This document shows, piece after piece, positions 1 to 8,716 of a stretch of 64,000 nt of DNA (its first letter is position 1; each line of letters opens with the position of its first letter). Below the pieces are notes generated by a model, which saw only the letters and a list, made by a program, of their open reading frames with translations, was not told the origin of the DNA and made no database searches. The stretch is from Leidyana gryllorum EB-2025a. Taxonomy: Eukaryota; Protista; Apicomplexa. Made by a program: the position numbers and the translations under genes. The DNA is taken from the NCBI GenBank assembly GCA_048772705.1, contig JBLWGC010000211.1:1-64000 (forward strand). Direction: 5' to 3'.

Positions 1-675
1 CAACAAAAGAAGGGGACAATGGCATAGGATAGACCAGTTGGGTTGCAACGAGCAGTTACTCGATCGGTGCCGAGACCGTGAGACGTCATCCGCAGCCGTA
101 CCGTACCACCGAAGACAGGAGACGTGAATAAGTTCTCACTAAACTCGACTTGGCCTCCGATACGAGGATAGGGGGCAGTGCAGCCAAGAGGACCCCTTTG
201 AAGACGGCTGACAGAAGTGTTCAGCCGTAATTATTAATAGCGGAGCAATTCGGGAGGGTTCGCCCATATTGACGGGAGAGAGGGCATTACAAAAAGCTCT
301 GCTGAGCAAATTAGCTCCGCAGCGTCGCCGTTTGTGGATAATTAGCATTCCGACGCCAGGCGAAGGGACCGTGCAGGTTCGACTGGCGTCTTTGAAGAGG
401 AAGAATTGCTCACCTCGTTGGGGGGCAGACTGGCCATCCGACACGCGTATCAGCTGGTAGGGGCAGCCCAGCTGAGTGGATCAAACTCCAGTTGGGGGAT
501 TATGAGATATGAGATATGTACACCCATTCACACCAGCCCCTCGTTCTAACATGACAACAATCTTTGGATCATTAATCGAACGGGCAGAGTATCACCACTA
601 CGAATATTTAGGGAAGGCTGAAGGCTAACTTCCCAAAGTTGATATTCCACGGCCCAAGTGTATGTTGAAAGGAGA

Positions 676-2330
676 CTACTGGCGGAATACCACCACAGAC
701 TCCATCAAACACATATCACCGACAGCAATGATCGGCAACTTGTGCTTCCTTCCCCACAACCCATCATTCCGCGCCTCCACCTCAAAGAATGCCGCCTGCA
801 ACGGTATTTGGGAGGGGTCCTTCCACACGAAGAAAGCTCTGGTGGAGTCGTTCGCCGGTTTACACGATGCGCAATGCACACCCAACCTGTGTTCAGTGGC
901 GGGGCTCCTCGTGCACGGACAGTACCAGCTTACTTTGGGGTCCCGTTCACTGTGTTCCCTCATGTGAGTCGTGAAACTCTTCATGCAGTCGTGCTCCTCC
1001 GAACAAAAGGGGCACTTTATCAGTTGGGATTCCACTGTTCCGGGCCGGCGTCGTCCCTGCATAGGCTTCGTTACGCAGTTTTGCACAAGGGCGTTTTCTA
1101 TTCTAGACAGCCTCCGGGGAGATTCTATCCGACGGCGGTAGATGGCAACGGGGACACGTTCTTCGTCCTTATTGAGTCCCATCGGGCTTAGCATTTACAT
1201 TACTCTGATCCATAATGGAAGTCGCGATTTCCGTCCCTAACTGGGCGGATGTTTGGCCACAAGTGTTTGTAGCCACTTTTGTTTGATTTTCTGGAATAAG
1301 GTCTGGTTTCATCTCAAACACAGACATAGCTTTATCGACCGAAGTCGACTCTGCAGCCGATGTTTGGTTATCGCAGTCAGCCAGCATATCGACGAGTGGC
1401 ATCGAACGGGGGACTTGGACGGTGCAGGATTGGTGCCCCTCTAGCCGTCCAGTCGCATTATCATGCACTCTCGGACCAGCAGGCATTGCTGCTTCACCAA
1501 TGGCACTTGCAGGTCTAAATTCTTTGGGTTTCATCGGGTGGAGTGCCGTCGCAGATATAAAACCCTTTCCCGCAGCCATATCGGCTTCGAGTCGAGGCCT
1601 TTTGCTTTCTGACTCCTCCAAGTCATCAGAGTCCCGTGTGGGAGCTCGAGCCTTTTTGCGAGAAGTTCGCACAGGTGTGTTGGGCGCTGGTGGGGGAGCG
1701 GGAGCTCCCAGCTGCCGGGGAGGGGCTGGAAGACTGTCGGAGCGACACCCCGTCCCGCCAACTGTGGCGGAGACCGGCTGGAACCCCTCGGTTCTCGTAT
1801 CCTTGGCCCTTCTCCCATAGCACTGCTATTGTGCTGAGCGGGGTCTGCTGTTCCACCGGGTGGTGGATTGGCCTCGCGGCCGTTTGATTGGTAGTTGGGC
1901 GCTCGGCGGGCACTGCGGCTCCACCCTGTGATTCTCTGGTCGATGTTGGGTTCCAATGGTGTGTGGTGGTTGGACTTGACCGATTACTCCGCTGGGGGGT
2001 GCCTTGTGAGCATCCGCCCCACCGGTATTTCGGACTCCCACCCTCCGCTGGGTGGTTCGCGCTTGTTTGGTCATGGAACGTCGGGTTTGTGGTGTGGATG
2101 GCGCGGTTGGTTGTATCTTCTTCCTGTGGGCAGCATTGACCATAAGAAAGTATCCTCTCTGTCTTTCAGCCGTGTCTTCGGGGTTCGCCCCCAGGACGCC
2201 GCAATGACATAGTGTGACAGGACAATGCTTTGGGTTCCGAGAGAGGAGCAGCGGCCACCCTAATTGGGGTCGTCTCCGGAATCTCCCCCATTGTACAGGT
2301 TGGAGTAGTGTTTGGCATCCTTAGCGACGA
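676..2330 (-). pseudogene. Frameshifted sister copy of the N-terminal half of the non-LTR retrotransposon ORF (zinc fingers present; no RT/RLE seen in window)
   Basis: ORF pieces match the 1789-aa ORF collinearly: 1826-2143 (TPQTRRSMTKQARTTQRR vs TPQIHRLATKQAKTNQQR), 1531-1956 (REPRGSSRSPP vs REPRSSSRSPP), 1169-1672 (AAMPAGPRVHDNATG...GTEIAT, near-identical) and 676-1194 (CPFC..H..H, CPC..H..C, AFFVWKDPS). A 1-nt insertion near 1172 shifts the frame. Confidence 0.85.
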
Positions 2331-2400
2331 GGGCCAACTTTACTATTCAAAATCCACTCAATTCGCGAATAATGCGATTACTGGGTAACGAAAGTACTTC

Positions 2401-2572
2401 GCACACGTATGGCACTCGGGTCGTTACGCGACTCTGACTGACAGATGCTCGACGAGCGGGATAGCACAATTACAACTCTTGAGCAAGTTGGATTTTGATC
2501 AACTTTAATGAGCTTTATAGTCACCGAAACCACAACCACAACCACAACGGATCGTCTGCGCCAGGCGAAGTT
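2401..2572 (-). ncRNA. U1 snRNA-like segment, copy 2
   Basis: Starts AACUUCGCCUGGCGC (U1: AUACUUACCUGG). Hairpin AAGUUG-AUCAAAAUC-CAACUU presents GAUCA, like the U1-70K loop. GUCG-CGUAA-CGAC hairpin followed by GCCAUACGUG, like the SL3/helix H junction. No Sm site seen. Confidence 0.4.
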
Positions 2573-2574
2573 TG

Positions 2575-2694
2575 TGGACCGCTTCCACGGGGGGGAGCAC
2601 ACGTTTGCACACGTTTGGTGGCAGAACCACCAAACACACACTCAGAAAACAGGTTCATAGGAACCCGTTTCTGCGTTTAAACAGAAAGAACTTA
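2575..2694 (-). ncRNA. 3' part of U2 snRNA-like sequence, copy 2 (starts at the AAGUUCUU preceding stem IIa)
   Basis: UAAGUUCUUUCUG-UUUAAACG-CAGAAA (IIa), CGGGUUC-CUAU-GAACCUG (IIb) and GUUUGGUGG-UUCUG-CCACCAAAC (III). Shares motifs with 8487-8633. Stem I and BSL are missing; stem IV is degenerate. Confidence 0.55.
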
Positions 2695-2890
2695 GCGAAA
2701 ATCGATTGGTTCAGCGATTGACACAAAACAGATAACCGGCGCAAGTGCGAAAACTTGGTACCGCATTTCACTTACAATGCACTATTCTTTTTCTTCAAAT
2801 GGAGAGTGGTTGTGACGTTTGTGTCGGCCTCCTGTGTTGCAAGAAAGCCGTGTGTTCGGGTAGAGGAATTGTTGGCGGGTGGCCGTGGTG

Positions 2891-5800
2891 TCATCTGCGG
2901 GACGTGATGAGATTTATCATTCGAACGGTGCCTTTGGCAGCCAGGAGGGAGCATCTTGCAGCGATTGCTCGTGCGTGCTTCTCTGTGAAACCGCAGGCAT
3001 TGAGGGCCTTTAAAGTGTCCGTTGGGACGTGGCCGAGATCTCCGATGACGATAGGGTGGAACCTGAGGGCACTGTTGGGGTGGAGGAGGGCGTAGCCGGG
3101 AAGCCAGGCCTCGGAGTACTTGGCTATCTTCTCCTGGGCGCAGGCGGCAAGGTACTCGGGTGAGGTTTGGTGACGCACTGTGACGTCTAAGACATGGATA
3201 GTCCGTTTCTCATTGTCAGTAATGACGAGATCCGGGTGGAGGTTGCAATTTGCGACTTGAGCGTGTCTCGTTTCGTGCGAGTTGATGGGTTGGTCGCTGG
3301 CATTGGCGGCCCACTCGATCGCCTTGACGATCTGATTGTGGCGGTTCTGCACAGCGTTCCTCATTGCCGCGTCACTGCACCCGCCGAGGTGACATAGCGT
3401 CTCCTCCTGCCGGTGACAAAGTCGGCACATCTTATCGATGTCCGGCTCAATCTTGGCGCGGCGGGCGTTCAGGGGCAGCAGTCCGATCTTGGCTTTGAGG
3501 ACTGTGGTGAGTTGCCACGGAGAGAGTTTTTGTGGGCGGAATAGGTAGCGATTGCCGATGGGGTCTTGGCATCGCGTTGTCCATCCCTGGGCCTTCTGTT
3601 TGCTCCATTCGTTGAGGTATTTTTGTTTGTGGGCTCGTTTAAAGTGGGCACAGATATCTGCGATGGGCGTTTCCGTGGATCGGTCGTACGGGACGACGTC
3701 TCCGTCGGGGCCCGCGCGCAGCTGCACCCCCTTCTGGCCCAGGAAGAGTGGGAGTTGGTTCCAGAGTCGCCGTTCGTTTGCGCGGCTCGCGGCTCGGGCA
3801 TTGTCGTTTACGCAATGGTTCAAATACATCAGGGCCTCCGTCAGCGTCTCTGCCGGATCCGGCGGAAAGGGTTCGTCCGGTCTGGCGGCCGCGAAGGCTC
3901 CGAGGCGGGCTGCGATCCGGATTTCCGGGTCTTTGGAGTTGAGTAAATATAGCGCTGCTGAACAGCGGAGTTTCCGATGGATATCGTCCAAGGGCTCCAC
4001 ACCCAGACCACCGTCTGGGACGGGGCTGTGTACGAAGCCGCTGCTACTTTTCTTGGGCAATCGAAGGCAGTGTTTCAGCGCTGCCCGTACTCTGCGGTCA
4101 AAGTCCTGCATTACTTTCACGTTGGTCGTGCAGCTCTGGATGTGATAAACCACTGACGGCAGAATGTGTCTTTTGATCAACATGAATTTGTACACTGGCT
4201 CCAGACAGCTTCTAGCGACGATCCAACATCGCTTGGCCAGTTGTTTAAGTACGCCGTTGATGGTGGTCGAGGTCGGGGCCAAAGGGTCGTCATCCTTTCC
4301 CAAATAGTTCATCTGCTCGTCTAACTGGGCGAGGGGCACCAGCTGTCCCTGCACTCGCAGTCGGTACTGCTCCGGCACGTCGACAGTCTGGACCCGTCCG
4401 TCCACTTTGCGGATCGATTGGTGTTTGCATTTGCTCACATTTGCCGTCAGTCCTGCCTTTACGAGGAACCAATTGACAATGTCATTGGCTTCGACCATTC
4501 TCGATGGGTTGTTCTGCATCACTCGAATGTCGTCGGCATACGCCAACACACTGAATGGCGGACCTCCCGGACATGTGGCGTACCCACTCGCTTTGAGACG
4601 CAGCAGTCTCCGAAGGAGGGGCTCTATGCACAGATTGAACAATAAGGGCGAAAGGGGATCGCCCTGGGCCACGCCTCGTCGTTGAGGAACGTTGCGCGGT
4701 GATCCGTTTACCCTCAGTAAGCGACAATTCGCCGGGTTACAGTATATATCGATTATTGGTTGCGGCACACGCAGAGCGCCTAACACGGCACGTGTGTACT
4801 CGAGCGGGATGCTTCCATAAGCGTCCTTCAAGTCATACTGGACGACATTGTACGTTTGTTTCTCATCGAATGCCTGTTTACGTGAGTCCTCAGCCACAAA
4901 CAGGTGCTCAAGGCACCCTCGAATAGGGACAAAGCCCTTCTGGCAGGGTGAGATCAGGTTGTGGGCTGTGCACCAGTTGCCGAACCGCGCCGCCAAAATG
5001 GCACTAACCATCTTGAAGGCGTTGCATTGCAAAGCAATGGGTCGATAATTGGTCACCACACTCGGGTCCCCCTTCTTATATATCATAGTGAGTCGAGTGA
5101 CTCGCAGACACTCTGGGACGCTCCCTGTTCTCAGTATGGCGTTCACAATATCAGCCAAAGACTGATGTAATACAAATATTGATTTCCATACGTTATACGA
5201 TAATCCATCGGCTCCAGCCGCCGTGTTGCCGCACTTTTTCATTACCCTTCTCACCTCCTTAACGTCAACCTCCTGCCCCAATAACTTGGAGTCATCGGGT
5301 TTCAGCTTCGGCAGGTGGGCCAACAGCTCGGCGTAGTCCTCTGCTGGCGGTGCGCGTGAATATTTCTGTTCTATTAGTTGCACAAATTCCCGGGCGGGGG
5401 GAGCGCGACGTCTCCTGGCCTGATACACCTGTTCCAGTCCGATGGCGTCCAGCGGGGTGCCCGCTCGGGCTCGCTGCGCCTCGTCATCCTGATACAGCCA
5501 TCTCAGCCCCGCTTTAGGGTTGCGTATAACGGCGTCCTGAATCGCTTTGACGCGTTTCCGTTGAGCTTCTCTCCTCTGCTTCCGCGTCGGCCCCCGGCCT
5601 CCCCTCGAACCGCCGTCCTCCCGCTGAGCGGCCGGAGCGTCCCGAGGGTCGGTCAGGTCCGGCGGGCCTTGAGGCTGCCTTGGCTCGTAGTACTTTTTTA
5701 GTATCTCGTAGAGCTCGTGGAGGAACAACTTGATGGCCAAGTTTACATCTTCGACATCGTGGGTACCCAGTCGTTCGTACAGAAATTGTCGTTGGGCCTT

Positions 5801-8248
5801 CACGGCCCCAATCAGTTGGTGCCATTTCTCCGGGGGTATCCTGACGATACGCCCTATCGGCGGCCGGGGCTCCGAGGAAACCGCTCGGGCCTCGTCACGC
5901 CAGTCGGGTGGCTCATACATTGAGCCTCCGCCGGGTGAAGGTGGCGTTGGAGGTGGTGGCGGTCCGGGTGGTGGCCGACCCAAGTCGGCAAAGTCGTTTC
6001 CTTCCTCCATACTCGTGTCGTCCATAGGGGCGTCACTCGTCGGAGCGCGGGTTGGGTCCCTGGACGGTTGTTGGGGCACTGTAGTGTTGTTTGTCTCTCT
6101 CGGCCTCGATCCTTCTGCCGCCCTCGGCTGGTTGGACGCAACTCTGGCGCCTACTCCAGCTATGAGCGGTGCATCGTCGTCTTCTTCCATGTCCTCGTCC
6201 GCTGTCGCGCCTCTCGCCTCTCCCACTGAAGCCGCGGGCACAAACGGCGCCGCAGACGCCCGCAGTGGTGGTGGGTTTCGAGCCGCCGCGTCCGAGTTCC
6301 GATTACGCCGGGGTACGTAAGGCAACGGGGCCTCCACAGCACGCCGACCTCCGAGCTCCGTAGTGGGCTCGATATTCCTTCTTATCGCTTCGGTCTCTCC
6401 AACCGTTACCGGCCGTTCAGAGAGAGTTACAGCGCCCGTAGGCGCACACTGTTCCGCAGTAGTGACGGTGGCCGCAGCCCGCGCCTCTACCTGGGAGGGT
6501 ACCGCCTGCGACGCTCGTCGGGACGGATCCTTCCAAACGAAGAAAGCTCCAGTGTAGTTGCAGGGCGCCTTGCACATTGCGACATGTTCCAGCAGATCCT
6601 TTTCGGTGAGGAAATGTCCCCCGCAAGGGCAGTTCCAGCTCACTTTGCTGGGGTCCCACTCACTGTGTGACTCTACGTGGTCCCGAAAGTCCCGCATAGA
6701 GTCATATCCCTCCAAACAGAAAGGGCAGTTTATCACACGGGAGGCAAACCTCTTCCTCAAGGTCTCACTATCAACGAATTCTCGCTTAATGAATTTCATG
6801 TCGCCCTGAGATACCAGGGTGCATTCAATATCCCACGCCTTCGCAGAATCGGTAACGGGGTGGCGGTAGGTCGCTACAAGAACATGTTCTTCGTCCGTAT
6901 GAGCCCCGGCGGGCTTCGTATTTACATTAGTCTGATCCATAGTAAAAGTCGCTATTTCCGTCCCTAACTGGGCGGATGTTTGGCCACAAGTGTTTGTAGC
7001 CACTTTTGTTTGATTTTCTGGAATAAGGTCTGGTTGTAGCTTCATCTCAAACACAGACATAGCTTTATCGACCGAGGTCGACTCTGCAGCCGATGTTTGG
7101 TTATCGCAGTCAGCCAGCATATCGACGAGTGGCATCGAACGGGGGACTTGGACGGTGTTGGATTGACGCCCCTCTAGCCGTCCAGTCGCATTATCATGCA
7201 CTCTCGGACCAGCAGGCATTGCTGCCTTACCGGACCTGTCGGCAGGAATAGGTTCTATCAGTCTAATACGCTTCCTAGGCTCCTCATCCACAATAGGTGG
7301 GATGGGGGTTAGCATAGTGGTCTTCCGACGCGGCCCCTCCGCCACTCGGCCTCCTACGCCCACATCGGGCCTTCGGGGCAACGGCTTTGGGGTCCGCAGG
7401 GGTTTCTTGGCGTTGGCTGAAGGAGCTGGGGTTCCCGAAAGGGTTCCAACAGGGGCACCCGCAGGGGTTCCCAGCTGAGACGCAGGGCCTAGGGAGACCG
7501 AGGGCACTCCACCCCGTCCCACCATCTTAGGTGGTGACCGGCTGGAGCTCCTCGGCTCCCGAAGCTTTTGGCGTTCAGTCCTGGCACATTGGTTGTGCTC
7601 AGGTTTCTGGCCGTGAGTTTGCCCGGCAGTGCCATTGGAGGCGAGACCAGGATGGTGGTGCAGTGTTTCAGCCATATCGGCTGCACTGTGGGTGGTGGGG
7701 TGGGTTGGGAGCACCCAGGCTTCCCCGATCGCTTGCATGTTTGGCAGTTCGAAGTCACCTACGGGATCATCCATAGGTTGTACGACGATGTTGTTCAGAG
7801 TTGGTGGGGCCCCGCCAATATCGCCAGCATTGACGATTTCAGCCATGGAGTCATCATCCCTATTCTGGATTCGCTCTCGGATACCTTCTACTCCAGTGGC
7901 TCTGACGGCGGCTCGTTGTTGGTTGGTCTTCGCTTGCTTGGTGGCGAGACGGTGGATTTGAGGAGTGGCAGTTTGGCTGTCCTTTGACTTATGTAGTTTC
8001 GTTGGTTTCGGATGAGTACGACCTTGAGGTGTTTGTCCGGGAAGTACCACGGCGGGCGATACTTCCAATGCGCTGCTCAGCGGGGCCGCGGACCCTCTGA
8101 GTTTTCGCAGCTTAGTGTGTAGTTGATACGGTGCTTTGACGATCTTCTTTGAACTTGGATTAGGAGGCGGAGACATACTGACATCATCGGTCATCCCGAC
8201 GTGTTCAGCCATCTCGCCGTCCTCCATCTCCATCTCAACAGAATCCAT
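2891..8248 (-). CDS. Non-LTR retrotransposon protein: zinc fingers, reverse transcriptase, CCHC knuckle, PD-(D/E)xK restriction-like endonuclease
   Basis: ZnFs CPFC..H..H and CPC..H..C. RT motifs NYRPIAL, QKGF, YDLKDAYGSI, GVAQGDPLSPLLFNL, YADD, GGLG. CRLC..ETLCHLGGC, RHNQIV, PDLV..DVTV..KIAKY. Uninterrupted frame; first ATG at 8248. Confidence 0.97.
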   Translation of the reverse strand: MDSVEMEMEDGEMAEHVGMTDDVSMSPPPNPSSKKIVKAPYQLHTKLRKLRGSAAPLSSALEVSPAVVLPGQTPQGRTHPKPTKLHKSKDSQTATPQIHRLATKQAKTNQQRAAVRATGVEGIRERIQNRDDDSMAEIVNAGDIGGAPPTLNNIVVQPMDDPVGDFELPNMQAIGEAWVLPTHPTTHSAADMAETLHHHPGLASNGTAGQTHGQKPEHNQCARTERQKLREPRSSSRSPPKMVGRGGVPSVSLGPASQLGTPAGAPVGTLSGTPAPSANAKKPLRTPKPLPRRPDVGVGGRVAEGPRRKTTMLTPIPPIVDEEPRKRIRLIEPIPADRSGKAAMPAGPRVHDNATGRLEGRQSNTVQVPRSMPLVDMLADCDNQTSAAESTSVDKAMSVFEMKLQPDLIPENQTKVATNTCGQTSAQLGTEIATFTMDQTNVNTKPAGAHTDEEHVLVATYRHPVTDSAKAWDIECTLVSQGDMKFIKREFVDSETLRKRFASRVINCPFCLEGYDSMRDFRDHVESHSEWDPSKVSWNCPCGGHFLTEKDLLEHVAMCKAPCNYTGAFFVWKDPSRRASQAVPSQVEARAAATVTTAEQCAPTGAVTLSERPVTVGETEAIRRNIEPTTELGGRRAVEAPLPYVPRRNRNSDAAARNPPPLRASAAPFVPAASVGEARGATADEDMEEDDDAPLIAGVGARVASNQPRAAEGSRPRETNNTTVPQQPSRDPTRAPTSDAPMDDTSMEEGNDFADLGRPPPGPPPPPTPPSPGGGSMYEPPDWRDEARAVSSEPRPPIGRIVRIPPEKWHQLIGAVKAQRQFLYERLGTHDVEDVNLAIKLFLHELYEILKKYYEPRQPQGPPDLTDPRDAPAAQREDGGSRGGRGPTRKQRREAQRKRVKAIQDAVIRNPKAGLRWLYQDDEAQRARAGTPLDAIGLEQVYQARRRRAPPAREFVQLIEQKYSRAPPAEDYAELLAHLPKLKPDDSKLLGQEVDVKEVRRVMKKCGNTAAGADGLSYNVWKSIFVLHQSLADIVNAILRTGSVPECLRVTRLTMIYKKGDPSVVTNYRPIALQCNAFKMVSAILAARFGNWCTAHNLISPCQKGFVPIRGCLEHLFVAEDSRKQAFDEKQTYNVVQYDLKDAYGSIPLEYTRAVLGALRVPQPIIDIYCNPANCRLLRVNGSPRNVPQRRGVAQGDPLSPLLFNLCIEPLLRRLLRLKASGYATCPGGPPFSVLAYADDIRVMQNNPSRMVEANDIVNWFLVKAGLTANVSKCKHQSIRKVDGRVQTVDVPEQYRLRVQGQLVPLAQLDEQMNYLGKDDDPLAPTSTTINGVLKQLAKRCWIVARSCLEPVYKFMLIKRHILPSVVYHIQSCTTNVKVMQDFDRRVRAALKHCLRLPKKSSSGFVHSPVPDGGLGVEPLDDIHRKLRCSAALYLLNSKDPEIRIAARLGAFAAARPDEPFPPDPAETLTEALMYLNHCVNDNARAASRANERRLWNQLPLFLGQKGVQLRAGPDGDVVPYDRSTETPIADICAHFKRAHKQKYLNEWSKQKAQGWTTRCQDPIGNRYLFRPQKLSPWQLTTVLKAKIGLLPLNARRAKIEPDIDKMCRLCHRQEETLCHLGGCSDAAMRNAVQNRHNQIVKAIEWAANASDQPINSHETRHAQVANCNLHPDLVITDNEKRTIHVLDVTVRHQTSPEYLAACAQEKIAKYSEAWLPGYALLHPNSALRFHPIVIGDLGHVPTDTLKALNACGFTEKHARAIAARCSLLAAKGTVRMINLITSRR

Positions 8249-8311
8249 TGCAATAATCACTGGCGACCACGGGTAATTTTATTTATCCACGGACCTCCAG
8301 CGACCTCCGTC

Positions 8312-8483
8312 CACACACACGTAGGGCTCACTAGTCGTTACGCGACCACGGCCAATGAATAGTCAAAGTGTACACCTTGTTTACAGAGCTTGATCACCTC
8401 TTTTACAGCAGCCACTCCACAGGGGTATCTTTGAGGAATAACTCCCCAAAGCCCCAATCCACACGTCCGCGCCAGGCGAAGTT
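8312..8483 (-). ncRNA. U1 snRNA-like segment, copy 1
   Basis: 5' AACUUCGCCUGGCGCG. AGAG-GUGAUCAAG-CUCU loop. GGC..UGGUCG-CGUAA-CGACUA..GCC hairpin followed by CUACGUGU, which can pair back to GCGCG (helix H-like). An extra hairpin is inserted at ~8422-8456. No canonical Sm site. Confidence 0.45.
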
Positions 8484-8486
8484 GGT

Positions 8487-8672
8487 GGCCTGCTCCCGCT
8501 AGATGCAGGGCAGGGCAGACCTTGGTGTCGGAAGGTGGCAGAACCACCAAACCAACACCCCAACGAAAGAAACTCCGGTAAACGGAAGCGGGTTCAATGA
8601 ACCCGTTTCTGCGTTTAAACAGAAAAGAACTTATAAAATACAAAAGATCTGAGCGAAAGCTCGAGAAGGTAC
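8487..8672 (-). ncRNA. Divergent full-length U2 snRNA-like sequence (186 nt)
   Basis: GUACCUUCUCGAGCUUUCGCUCAGAUC vs canonical-type AUACCUUCUCGGCCUUUUGGCUAAGAUC. IIa UUUCUG-UUUAAACG-CAGAAA; IIb CGGGUUC/GAACCCG. CGUUUA is complementary to loop IIa (IIc). Stem III GGUGUUGG..GGUGG-UUCUG-CCACC..CCGACACC. Stem IV GGUCUGC.CCUGC-CCUGCAUCUA-GCGGG.A.GCAGGCC with UGCA in the loop. Confidence 0.72.
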
Positions 8673-8716
8673 ATTTTTTGTCCGCTCTCAAGTAGTGTCC
8701 GAACAATAAAAAAAAG

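Larger units (their letters stand above)
2695..8672 (-). mobile_element. Full-length RLE-class non-LTR retrotransposon (NeSL/Utopia/R2-like) including snRNA-like leader and ~195-nt 3' UTR
   Basis: Single long ORF with ZnF-RT-CCHC-RLE architecture. Leader motifs are repeated in front of the sister copy. No poly(A) tail or clear TSD seen; boundaries approximate. Confidence 0.85.

Noticed and set aside
676-760. LPIIAVGDM as a remnant of the RLE C-terminus (HPIVIGDL), implying an internal-deletion derivative
   Set aside because: Nucleotide similarity is too weak and no 3' UTR match follows.
2726-2736. TATCTGTT as a canonical U2 target remnant
   Set aside because: Only 8 nt, with no continuation into stem IIa.
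8280-8680. HDV-like or hammerhead self-cleaving ribozyme in the element 5' UTR, as in R2
   Set aside because: Could not find the nested pseudoknot with a UCCUCG-type L3 or a CUGANGA/GAAA core by eye; the hairpins fit U2/U1 better.
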